This document shows positions 40,901-49,615 of a DNA stretch of 64,000 bases, piece by piece. Source of the DNA: Candidatus Marinacidobacterium sp. (GTDB lineage Bacteria; Acidobacteriota; Vicinamibacteria; Marinacidobacterales; Marinacidobacteraceae); the NCBI GenBank assembly GCA_965204755.1, contig OZ242011.1, positions 384,001 to 448,000 of the forward strand. The letters run 5' to 3'. Made by a program: the position numbers and the translations under genes. Below the pieces are notes generated by a model. It was not told where the DNA came from. It did not search any database and worked only from the letters and a program-made list of their open reading frames with translations. How positions within the stretch are numbered: position 1 is the stretch's first letter; the number at the start of each line of letters is the position of its first letter.

Positions 40901-41590
40901 TCAGGCCGAGGGCGGGGCGTCCACGATGCGGCCGTCGAACAGGTGGATCGTCCGGACGGCGCGGTCGGCGTAGCGGGGGTCGTGGGTGACCATGCAGATC
41001 GTCGCCCCGGCTTCGTGGAGCGAGTCCAGCATGTTCATCACCTCCGTCCCGTTCTTGGAGTCGAGGTTCCCGGTCGGCTCGTCCGCCAGCAGGATCGAGG
41101 GTTCGCCCACCACCGCGCGGGCCACCGCCACCCGCTGCTGCTGCCCGCCGGAGAGTTGCGACGGGTAGTGCTTCCTCCGGTGCGACATCCCCACCTTCTC
41201 CAGCGCCGCCAGCGCCCGCTCCTTCCGCTCCGCCCCGGCGGTCCCCCGGTACACCAGCGGGAGTTCCACATTCTCGTACACCGTCAGGTCGCCGATCAGG
41301 TTGAACGCCTGGAAGATGAACCCCACCTCCCGGTTGCGGATCCGGGCGCGCTCCGCGAGTCCCAGGTTCGCCACCGCCTTCCCGTTCAGCGTGTACTCGC
41401 CGGAGTTCGGCGTGTCCAGCAGGCCGAGGATCGAGAGCAGCGTGGACTTCCCGCAGCCGGACGGGCCGGCCACCGCCACATAGTCCCCCGGCTCGAAACT
41501 CAGGCTCACTTCGGAGAGGGCGTGGGTCTCCACCTCGTCCGTCGTGAAGATCTTGCTGATGTTCTGGAGTTGGATCACGGGTTCGGCCAT
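40901..41590 (-). CDS. ABC transporter ATP-binding protein (MacB/LolD-type)
   Basis: Walker A GPSGCGKS, signature LSGGQQQRV, LADEPTGNLD and VTHD. Confidence 0.95.
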   Translation of the reverse strand: MAEPVIQLQNISKIFTTDEVETHALSEVSLSFEPGDYVAVAGPSGCGKSTLLSILGLLDTPNSGEYTLNGKAVANLGLAERARIRNREVGFIFQAFNLIGDLTVYENVELPLVYRGTAGAERKERALAALEKVGMSHRRKHYPSQLSGGQQQRVAVARAVVGEPSILLADEPTGNLDSKNGTEVMNMLDSLHEAGATICMVTHDPRYADRAVRTIHLFDGRIVDAPPSA

Positions 41591-41697
41591 GGGGTTCTCC
41601 TTCCGGGGTTCTCCTCCGGCAGTGCGCCGGTCAGTACAACACGCCGCGCCGCATCCGGTTCCCCGGGGCCGCCCGGCGGGTCAGCGCGGCCTCCCGG

Positions 41698-42951
41698 TCA
41701 CCGGAGACGGATCCGGTCGTAGCCCTCCCAGGCGGAGGTGTCCGAGAGGATGACCGTGTCCCCGACGGAGAGCCCCTCGACGATCTCCACCGTGTTCACC
41801 GAGGTCCGCCCCAGCCGGACGCGGACGCGGTAGCCGTACTCCTCCTCCGGGTCGAGCCGGAACATCTCGATCTCGCCCCCCTCTTCGCCGAAGGCGGGGC
41901 GGCCCACATGGAGCGCCTCGTCCAGCCGCTCGATCTCGATCAGCCCGTCCACCGAGAGTTCGCTCCGGGCGCCCCGCGGCAGGGCCCCGACGATCTCCAC
42001 ATCCACGGTGACCGCCCCGTCCCGCACCGCCGGATCCACCCGGGAGACCCGGCCGGCGGCGATCCCGCCGCGGGTGTCCACCTGCGCGGTCTGCCCCACC
42101 TCGATGTCCCGGGCCAGGACTTCGGCGATCCGCAGTTCCGCCTTCAACTCCCGGGGCTCCGCGATCCGCGCCAGGTCGTCCCCCGGCGCCACCTGCTGCC
42201 CGGCCTCCACGAACACCTCCTGCAGCACCCCGCCGATCCCGGCCCGCACCTCGAGGCCGGCGACCAGTTCCCGCTTCAGCGCGGCGGCAGTGCGCAACCG
42301 GTCCACCGCGGCCGTCTCCGCCCGGAGACTCGCCTCCGCCGCTTCCTCGCTCAGCCGCAGCCGCTCCGCCTCGCGCGCCGCCCGCCCGGCGAGTTCGTCG
42401 GCGGCCGCCCGGCTGTCCCGGAGGGCGAGGTCGCCGATGATCCCCTCGCCGTGGATCTCCGCGTCGGCCTCGGCGTCGAGCGCCGCCTGCCGGGACTCCG
42501 CCTCCACCCCGGCGAGCGCCGACCGCTGGTTCAGGACGCCGCGGCGCAACTGCACCCGCCGGTCGTCGAGGTTCGCCTCGGCGGCCGCGAGTTCCAGGTC
42601 GGCGGCGGAGAGTTCCTGCGCGAGCGAGGCGTTTTCCAGGGTCAGGATCACGGTGTCCGCCTCCACCCGGGTCCCCGCGAGGACTTCCACCCGGACCACC
42701 CGCCCGGCGGCCCGCGCCGAGAGGCGCCGCTCCAGCACCGGGACCAGCGTTCCCGGCCCCCGGACGCTCCGCAGCATCTCCCCGCGCCGCACCTGGTCGA
42801 GGAACACCGTCCCCCGATCCACGGTCGGCGCCGCCGGGCCGAGCCGGAGCGCCAGGACGGCGAGGAGCAGCACGAGGACGGCGCCGCCGCCGATGAGCAG
42901 GTTCCGCCGGCGGCGCCGAGCCTCGGCGACGCCCTCGCGGGTGACATCCAT
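41698..42951 (-). CDS. HlyD/efflux periplasmic adaptor (membrane fusion protein)
   Basis: N-terminal TM, VRGPGTLVP, coiled coil, RIAEPRELKAELRI and GDTVILSD. Confidence 0.88.
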   Translation of the reverse strand: MDVTREGVAEARRRRRNLLIGGGAVLVLLLAVLALRLGPAAPTVDRGTVFLDQVRRGEMLRSVRGPGTLVPVLERRLSARAAGRVVRVEVLAGTRVEADTVILTLENASLAQELSAADLELAAAEANLDDRRVQLRRGVLNQRSALAGVEAESRQAALDAEADAEIHGEGIIGDLALRDSRAAADELAGRAAREAERLRLSEEAAEASLRAETAAVDRLRTAAALKRELVAGLEVRAGIGGVLQEVFVEAGQQVAPGDDLARIAEPRELKAELRIAEVLARDIEVGQTAQVDTRGGIAAGRVSRVDPAVRDGAVTVDVEIVGALPRGARSELSVDGLIEIERLDEALHVGRPAFGEEGGEIEMFRLDPEEEYGYRVRVRLGRTSVNTVEIVEGLSVGDTVILSDTSAWEGYDRIRLR

Positions 42952-43015
42952 CGTGGGTTCGTTCCGGCGTCGGCGAAGGCCCGGGTCGAGTCCGGCCCCG
43001 CCGGCCGAAGGGAGC

Positions 43016-45088
43016 CTACCGGTTCCCCTCGTTCTCCCGTCCGGCTCCGGGAACCACGAGCGGCGCGTCCGCGAGGAGCGACCGGCCGGGAAGCGCCGGG
43101 TCCGGGGGGATCCCCAGCAGGTCGAGGGCGGTGGGCAGCACCTCGAGCGCGCTCGACCGGGGCCACGCCCCCGGCGCGACCCTCGGCCCCCAGGCGGCGA
43201 ACACCGCCAGCATGTCCAGCCGGGTGGACAGGAACCCGTGGCCGCCGGCCGGGGGCGCCGGCGCTACCACCTCCGGCGCCGGGAGGGGCGACGACCTAAG
43301 GCCGGGAGCGAGGATCGGGAAGAGGTCCCCGGTCGAGTCCCCGCCGAACCGCACCGCCCCGTTGTCGGAAGGCTCCAGGAACCCGGTGACCACCGGGCCG
43401 CCCTCCGGCGTCCGCAGGGCGAGCAGCGCTTCCCGCGCGGCCCGCAGCACATCCGCCTCTCCCGCGCTCCCGACCACGCCGCCGGGGCGGAAGGCGCGGT
43501 TCACCGCGACGCTCCCGTCCCCGGTGGAGAGGAGGAGCGCCTCGGTGCGGGAGAGATCGGGAAGACCGTCCGCGCCGAAGGCGAGGAGTCCCGCCCGCTC
43601 CAGCGCCACATTCAGGTGCGCCCGGCGGTCCGTTCCCGCCATGCCGTGGTCGCCGACCACCAGCAGGTGGGCGCCGGCGCGCTCGGCCACCGCGAACGCC
43701 CGCCCGAGCACCCGATCCACTTCCCGGAAGGCGCCGACGAACAGCGGACGCAGGGCCGCGGCGCGCTCGGGGTCGTACGAGGGAAGCCCCTCGTCCAAGT
43801 ACCCGTAAGTCAGGTGCGCCATCTCGTCGGCGAAGGGGAGGTAGAGGGCGAGGAGGCCCCAGTCCGGTATCGCCGCGCCGGCGGCCAAGTGTTCGACGGC
43901 AGTGTCCGCGAGCGCCTCCACGATCTCCAGCAGGCGGCCGACCGCGACTCCCGGCCCGCCGCCGGCGGCGTCCTTCCCGGCGGCCGGGGTCTCCCGCCGC
44001 GGCCCCAGGCGGCCGGAAGCGAACTCGGCCGGCCCGATCGTCCCGGAGTAGAAGGGCGCGCCCAAGCGCTCCCGCCACGCCTCCTCCGGGTGCGCCGCCA
44101 CCGCCCGCGCGCCGCTGCGAAAGACCACGAACCGCCCGGCCGCCTCCGCCGAGGGCGCGCGGGCGGCGAAGGCGCGGATCCGGAAGTCGGCCCGCCGGCC
44201 CCCGGCCCACGCGGCAAGCGGAATCGAGAACTCCCCTTCCCCGCCGACGCGGATGCGGGCGAGCAGGAGCGGGGGAGCGCCCGCGCCGGGCGCCGGCCCT
44301 CTGCCGCCCCGCGCTTCGTCCGGCAGGACGCCCAGCGTGTCCCAGCCGGAACCGGCGAGCGCCGGGTCGTCGAAGAGGACGCCCAGGAACCGGCTGTCGC
44401 CGACCCGGAAGCGGAAGAACCCGGCCCCGTCGCCGAATCCGGCCCCGACCGCCGCCGGCCGCGCCGCGAGGAGCGGGCTGCTCTTCTCGTCCAGCGTCGC
44501 CGGCGGAAGCCGGAGGTCCGTGTAGCCGGTGAGCAGGAAGAGGCGCTCCCGACCCCGCGCATCGAGCCGGGCGAGCGCCGGTTCGAGCGGGAAGGTGTGG
44601 GTGGCGTGGAGGGCGACGGCGCGAACCCCGGCCCGCGCCGCCCGCACCCAGAGCGGATCCGTCCGGAGCGTCCCCGCGGAGAAGCCGTCCCGGGTCTCCA
44701 GCAGCGAGAAGGACTCGGCGGGAGTCGCCAGCACGGTGTTGCCGGTCACGCCGGTCTCGGCGCCGGGCAGCCCGTTCCAGATCATGGCGAAGGACGGCGC
44801 CGTGCGCGAGGGGTGCGCCGGAATCAACCCGTCGGAGAACGCCCCCTCCCGCCGCAGCCGGGCGAAGTTGGGCAACTCGCCGGCGGCGAGCAGCCGCTCG
44901 ACCAGCAGCCGCCCCGCCCCGTCCACCGCGAGCACCACGAGCCGCGGCCGGGCCGCCGCCGCGCCGTTCCCGGTCCCGGCGATCGAAGCCGCCGCCGCTG
45001 CCGCGAACGCGAGCGCCGCAAGCGCCCACGCGCCCGCCGCGAGCGCGAACGCCGCGGAGAGCCCGGGCGAGGAGGAGCGGCGGATCAT
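43016..45088 (-). CDS. Secreted alkaline phosphatase / nucleotide pyrophosphatase-phosphodiesterase superfamily protein
   Basis: Motifs LVVLAVDG, PSRTAP (Thr nucleophile), DEMAH, VGDHGM and GGHG. Confidence 0.75.
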   Translation of the reverse strand: MIRRSSSPGLSAAFALAAGAWALAALAFAAAAAASIAGTGNGAAAARPRLVVLAVDGAGRLLVERLLAAGELPNFARLRREGAFSDGLIPAHPSRTAPSFAMIWNGLPGAETGVTGNTVLATPAESFSLLETRDGFSAGTLRTDPLWVRAARAGVRAVALHATHTFPLEPALARLDARGRERLFLLTGYTDLRLPPATLDEKSSPLLAARPAAVGAGFGDGAGFFRFRVGDSRFLGVLFDDPALAGSGWDTLGVLPDEARGGRGPAPGAGAPPLLLARIRVGGEGEFSIPLAAWAGGRRADFRIRAFAARAPSAEAAGRFVVFRSGARAVAAHPEEAWRERLGAPFYSGTIGPAEFASGRLGPRRETPAAGKDAAGGGPGVAVGRLLEIVEALADTAVEHLAAGAAIPDWGLLALYLPFADEMAHLTYGYLDEGLPSYDPERAAALRPLFVGAFREVDRVLGRAFAVAERAGAHLLVVGDHGMAGTDRRAHLNVALERAGLLAFGADGLPDLSRTEALLLSTGDGSVAVNRAFRPGGVVGSAGEADVLRAAREALLALRTPEGGPVVTGFLEPSDNGAVRFGGDSTGDLFPILAPGLRSSPLPAPEVVAPAPPAGGHGFLSTRLDMLAVFAAWGPRVAPGAWPRSSALEVLPTALDLLGIPPDPALPGRSLLADAPLVVPGAGRENEGNR

Positions 45089-45222
45089 CGGTCCGGGGAA
45101 TTGTCCCCCCGCCTGCCCGCTCCCGCCCGGCCGCCCGTCGCTCGGCCGCGCCCGGCGCCTCCCCTGCCTCGGCGCTCCGGCGCCGCGGGACCTCCGGGCT
45201 GCTAGGCTAGAAAGGAATCCCG

Positions 45223-45621
45223 TTGCGGCAGGAAACCTTCTCGTCCACCGCCATGACGCGCGGGATCCGTGTCGACGCGGAGTCGAGATTCGCCGACGAG
45301 CGGCGCGAGCCCGACCATGCGTGGCTCTTCCAGTACGACATCTCCATCACGAACGAGTCCGACGAGCCGGTGCAGTTGCTCAGCCGCCACTGGGTGATCG
45401 AACACGGCGAAGGCCAGGTGCAGGAAGTCCGGGGCCGGGGCGTCGTCGGCGCCCAGCCGACCATCGTCCCCGGCGACTCCTTCCACTACGCCTCCTGGTG
45501 CCCGCTGCTCGCGCCGTTCGGCACGATGCAGGGCACCTACCTCATGGAGAGCGCCGACGGCACGCGGTTCCGGGCGAAGATCGCCCGGTTCACCCTCAGC
45601 CAGCCGGTCACCCTCCACTGA
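45223..45621 (+). CDS. apaG: ApaG protein
   Basis: Motifs FQYDISITN, QLLSRHWVI, VRGRGVVGAQP and GTMQGTY. Confidence 0.93.
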   Translation: MRQETFSSTAMTRGIRVDAESRFADERREPDHAWLFQYDISITNESDEPVQLLSRHWVIEHGEGQVQEVRGRGVVGAQPTIVPGDSFHYASWCPLLAPFGTMQGTYLMESADGTRFRAKIARFTLSQPVTLH

Positions 45622-45638
45622 GGGTCGTTGGCGGCGCC

Positions 45639-46454
45639 GTGGCCCGGAGCAGGCGGCGGCGTCCGCCGGAGGCGGAGCGGGCCGACCGTTACGACCTCTA
45701 CCAGAACTCGGTCCAGGACGCCCCCGCGGACGCCGCCTTCCTCGACGACGAGTTCGAACGCCGCCGCGGCCGCCGACCGAAGTCCTTCCGCGAAGACTTC
45801 TGCGGCACCGCCGCGCTCTCCTGCGAGTTCGCGGCCCGGCGCCCCGACAACACCGCGATCGGCGTGGACCTCGACCCGGACCCGCTCGCCTGGGGGCGCG
45901 AGCACAACCTCTCCCGCCTCGGGCGCGCCGGCGCGAAGCGCGTCGAACTCGTCGAGAGCGATGTCCTCGATGTCCGGGAGCCCCGGGTGGACCTCGTCGC
46001 GGCGATGAACTTCAGTTACTGGACCTTCGACACGCGGGCCCGGATGCTCACCTACTTCGAGCGCGTCCGCGCCTCGCTCGCGCCGGACGGGCTCTTCTTC
46101 GCCGACGCCTACGGCGGCTCGGACTGCCACGAGGAGCGCGAATACGCCCGGGAGGAAGACGGTTTCGACTTCATTTGGGACCAGGTCGCGTTCGACCCGA
46201 TCAGCGGACGGATGAAGTGCGCCATCCACTACGAGTTCCCCGACGGCAGCCGGATGGAGAACGCGTTCCGCTACCAGTGGCGGTTCTGGTCGCTCCCCGA
46301 ACTCCGCGAGTTGCTGGCCGAGGCCGGATTCCGCCGGACGGCGGTCCTCTGGGAAGGCGCCGACGAGAACGGCGACGGGAACGGCGAGTTCGAGGAAGTG
46401 ACCGAAGGGTCCGCCGACGAAACCTGGATCGCCTACCTGGTGAGCGAACCCTGA
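45639..46454 (+). CDS. Class I SAM-dependent methyltransferase
   Basis: Motifs LYQNSVQ, REDFCGTA, GVDLD and AMNFSY. The GTG start is inferred. Confidence 0.8.
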   Translation: MARSRRRRPPEAERADRYDLYQNSVQDAPADAAFLDDEFERRRGRRPKSFREDFCGTAALSCEFAARRPDNTAIGVDLDPDPLAWGREHNLSRLGRAGAKRVELVESDVLDVREPRVDLVAAMNFSYWTFDTRARMLTYFERVRASLAPDGLFFADAYGGSDCHEEREYAREEDGFDFIWDQVAFDPISGRMKCAIHYEFPDGSRMENAFRYQWRFWSLPELRELLAEAGFRRTAVLWEGADENGDGNGEFEEVTEGSADETWIAYLVSEP

Positions 46455-46491
46455 GGCCGGACGAGGCGCCGCGCGCGAAGCCGTCACAACG

Positions 46492-47238
46492 ATGCCCGCT
46501 CCCGCTGCCGCCGGCCGGCAGACCGCGGCGCTCCTCGTCATCGGCAACGAAATCCTGTCCGGCAAGATCGCCGACACGAACACGCAGGCATTGGCCCGCC
46601 TCCTCCGGAAGAAGGGCGCGGCGCTTCGCCGCGTGGTGACCATCGGCGACGACCCCGCCGCCATCGCCACGGAGGTCGCCTCGCTCCGGGCCGACCACGA
46701 CCTGGTCTTCACTTCCGGCGGCGTGGGCGGCACCCACGACGATGTGACGATGGAGGGCGTCGCCCGCGCGTTCGGCGTCGGCGTCGTCCTCCATCCCGAG
46801 TTCCTGGAGGCCCTGCGCCGGCGCGGCCTCGGGGAACACCACCGCAGCCTCGCCCGCGCCCCGGAGGGCGCCGTCCTGCGGCGCGCCGAAGGCGCCGGCT
46901 TCCCGGTCGTGGTGATGGAGGAGGTCTGGATCCTCCCGGGCCTGCCACCCGCGTTCCGGCAGAAACTGGAGGTGCTCGACGCGTGCCTCCCGGACGGCGC
47001 GGCCTACGCCTGCGACGAGGAACGGGTCCCCGGCCCCGAGGAACACCTGATCCCGCTCCTGAACCGGGTCGTGGAGCAACACCCGGAGGTGCAGATCGGC
47101 TCCTACCCCGGAGACACGGAAACCCGCATCACCTTCGACGCCGACGACGAAGACTCGGTGCGCCGGGCCGCCGCCGCGTTCCGCGAGTCCCTGCGGGAGC
47201 GGAGCGCCGGCGCGGAGACGCGGGCAGGCGCGGTATGA
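46492..47238 (+). CDS. Molybdopterin-binding / CinA N-terminal-like protein
   Basis: Motifs IGNEILSGKIADTN, TSGGVGGTHDDVT, LPGLP and IGSYP. Confidence 0.85.
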   Translation: MPAPAAAGRQTAALLVIGNEILSGKIADTNTQALARLLRKKGAALRRVVTIGDDPAAIATEVASLRADHDLVFTSGGVGGTHDDVTMEGVARAFGVGVVLHPEFLEALRRRGLGEHHRSLARAPEGAVLRRAEGAGFPVVVMEEVWILPGLPPAFRQKLEVLDACLPDGAAYACDEERVPGPEEHLIPLLNRVVEQHPEVQIGSYPGDTETRITFDADDEDSVRRAAAAFRESLRERSAGAETRAGAV

Positions 47239-49346
47239 CGGGCCTTCTCACCGGGCGCGACCCGACACGGCGCGCAAGGTTCGCCTTCGCCGCGGCGGCC
47301 ATCTCCCTGCCCTTCGTTGCTGCAACTCCCGCCGCAACGCAGGACGCCCTCCCCCTGAGCGACACCCACCGCCAGTGGCTGGAAGAGGAAGTCATCTACA
47401 TCATCAGCGACAGGGAAAAGGACGCGTTCGGCCAACTCCAATCGGAGGCGGAACGCGAAGCCTTCATCGAAGCCTTCTGGCGCCGCCGCGACCCGGAACC
47501 GCTCACCCCGGAAAACGAGTTCCGCACCGAACACTACGAGCGCATCGCCTACGCCAACTCCCGCCTCGGCGGCGAAACCGCCATCCCCGGCTGGATGACC
47601 GACCGCGGCCGCCTCTGGATCACCTTGGGCGAACCGGACGAGCGCGACACTTTCGTATCCGTACCGGGTCTCTACCCGGCAGAACTCTGGTTCTACCTCC
47701 AAAACGACGAGTACCTGCTGCCTCCGCTCTACATCCTTTTCTTCCGGGAGTACAACGCCGGCCCGTTCATCCAGTTCAACCACCTGATCCACCTGCCGGA
47801 GGAACTGCTACCGGCACAATCCTTTTCGGAAGGGGATTCTCGTGACGAGGCATTCGTCACACTCCAAGAGATCTCTCCGCACCTCGCGCACGCCACTATC
47901 ACCATGCGGGCCGATCGTGGAGTCACGACCGGACTGGCCCTGCCGGACATCGCCCAGTTGGAAACACAGACGCTGCTCCAAGACATCACCCGCGCGCCGC
48001 ATCGTCTCCTCGACACGAGTTGGGTTACTGGGGCCGACGCCGGACGCGGTCTCGTCGAGACTGAGTACCTGTTCAACTTCGTCCCGAGCGCCGGCGTAGC
48101 TCGTCTCTTTCCAGGCCCTGCCTCCGGCCCCCCATCGTGGTTCGTCCACTACGCCGTTGAGATCGAGCCCCAGTACTTCACCCTCGCCCGCGAAGAAGGC
48201 GGCACCGACTACTTCACCCGGTTCGACATCCAAGGACAAGTAACCGACGAAGACGGCGCAGTCGTGTACGACTTCGCGACGAGACCGTTCCTGCGTCTGA
48301 CCGGGAGCGAACTTCGGGAGGTCGGCGCGCGGCCCTTCGCTTGGCGAGGAATGTTCCCCCTGATTCCCGGAGAGTTTCGGCTGCGCATCGTCGTCAAGAA
48401 CGAGGCCCGCGCCGAATACACCGTCTTCGAGGACAAACTCACACCTCCCGCTCCTGACGCGCCCCTCCTGTCACGCCCCCTATTGCTCCATGCCGTCAGG
48501 GAGGAGGACACTGACGCGTACGCATCGTGGTCTCCCGAGGAGATTCTCTTGGTGCCCAACGGCCGGGGCGTCGCTCCTCTTGGCGCCCTTCTTCTCGTCG
48601 CGACGGCAACCGAAGGGCACGGAATCGTAAAGTACCGCGTCGTTCCCTGGACCGCGGGCGGAACGGGGGCCGGCGCCGCGCCCGTCGCCGAACAGGAGGT
48701 CACGGTCGAACGAGGGCTCGCGCAATGGACACCGCGGACAGACTCATGGAAGTCCGGTCGCTATGTTCTCACCGCTGTCGCGGGGGAGGAGGAAACCAGC
48801 ACTCTCTTTGACTTGACAGCCCGTGCAGGAGTCGCACGGCCATGGGGGCTCACTGACTCTTTCGATCCAACGGCGCCCGGCACCTTGGCGGCCGCCCTCG
48901 GCGAGCAGTGGCTCCGGGTTCGGGAGAGGGCGGCAGCCCGCGAGATGTTTCGCACTGCGTTGGAAGAAGCGCCGAATCTCCGGCGCGCGCGCCTCGTCCT
49001 CGGCCGGTTCGCGCTGGACGAGAACACGCCCCGGGAGGCCGTCAGCCTTCTCGAACCGGCTCTCGCCCAAGCACCCGACGACCCCGGGATCCTGCGCACT
49101 CTGGGAGACGCGCACCGCGAATCCGGCAACCCCTCCCGGGCAGCAGCCCTCTATGAGCGTTCGCTCGCCCTCCGAAGCCCGGATGTGGAACTCCTCAACG
49201 CGCTTGGATGGTCACTTGCGGCGGCCGGCGAACCGACGAGAGCCATCGGGTATCTGGAGCGCTCGCTTGAATTCGACCCAGAACAGGCGGAAGTCCGAGA
49301 ACTTCTGAAGACCGTTCGCGCGAGCGCGTCCCCGCCGAAGGGCTGA
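47235..49346 (+). CDS. GWxTD domain protein with C-terminal TPR repeats
   Basis: Motifs WLEEEVIYII, FWRRRDP, EHYERIAYAN and PGWMTDRGR; TPR-like helices at the C-terminus. Confidence 0.88.
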   Translation: MTGLLTGRDPTRRARFAFAAAAISLPFVAATPAATQDALPLSDTHRQWLEEEVIYIISDREKDAFGQLQSEAEREAFIEAFWRRRDPEPLTPENEFRTEHYERIAYANSRLGGETAIPGWMTDRGRLWITLGEPDERDTFVSVPGLYPAELWFYLQNDEYLLPPLYILFFREYNAGPFIQFNHLIHLPEELLPAQSFSEGDSRDEAFVTLQEISPHLAHATITMRADRGVTTGLALPDIAQLETQTLLQDITRAPHRLLDTSWVTGADAGRGLVETEYLFNFVPSAGVARLFPGPASGPPSWFVHYAVEIEPQYFTLAREEGGTDYFTRFDIQGQVTDEDGAVVYDFATRPFLRLTGSELREVGARPFAWRGMFPLIPGEFRLRIVVKNEARAEYTVFEDKLTPPAPDAPLLSRPLLLHAVREEDTDAYASWSPEEILLVPNGRGVAPLGALLLVATATEGHGIVKYRVVPWTAGGTGAGAAPVAEQEVTVERGLAQWTPRTDSWKSGRYVLTAVAGEEETSTLFDLTARAGVARPWGLTDSFDPTAPGTLAAALGEQWLRVRERAAAREMFRTALEEAPNLRRARLVLGRFALDENTPREAVSLLEPALAQAPDDPGILRTLGDAHRESGNPSRAAALYERSLALRSPDVELLNALGWSLAAAGEPTRAIGYLERSLEFDPEQAEVRELLKTVRASASPPKG

Positions 49347-49615
49347 ACCACCCCACAGGCGGCTCCACACCTCGGAGCAGTGCAACCCGGTCAATTCGAT
49401 ATTTTGGACGGCGACCCTACCCCACCCGGACGCCGGCCCCGGCCTGAATCGCCAGCCTCCCGAGACTCTCGGAGAACGGCCCGCCTCCGATGCATGGCAT
49501 AATCGTTGCCCGATCGCACCTCTCGGCCGTGCGAGAGCCGCCTCCCGCGACACCCGCAGGGCCCCTCATCTCGGCGACTCATTCTCGAGATCAACCTCAA
49601 TATCAAGGAGACCCA

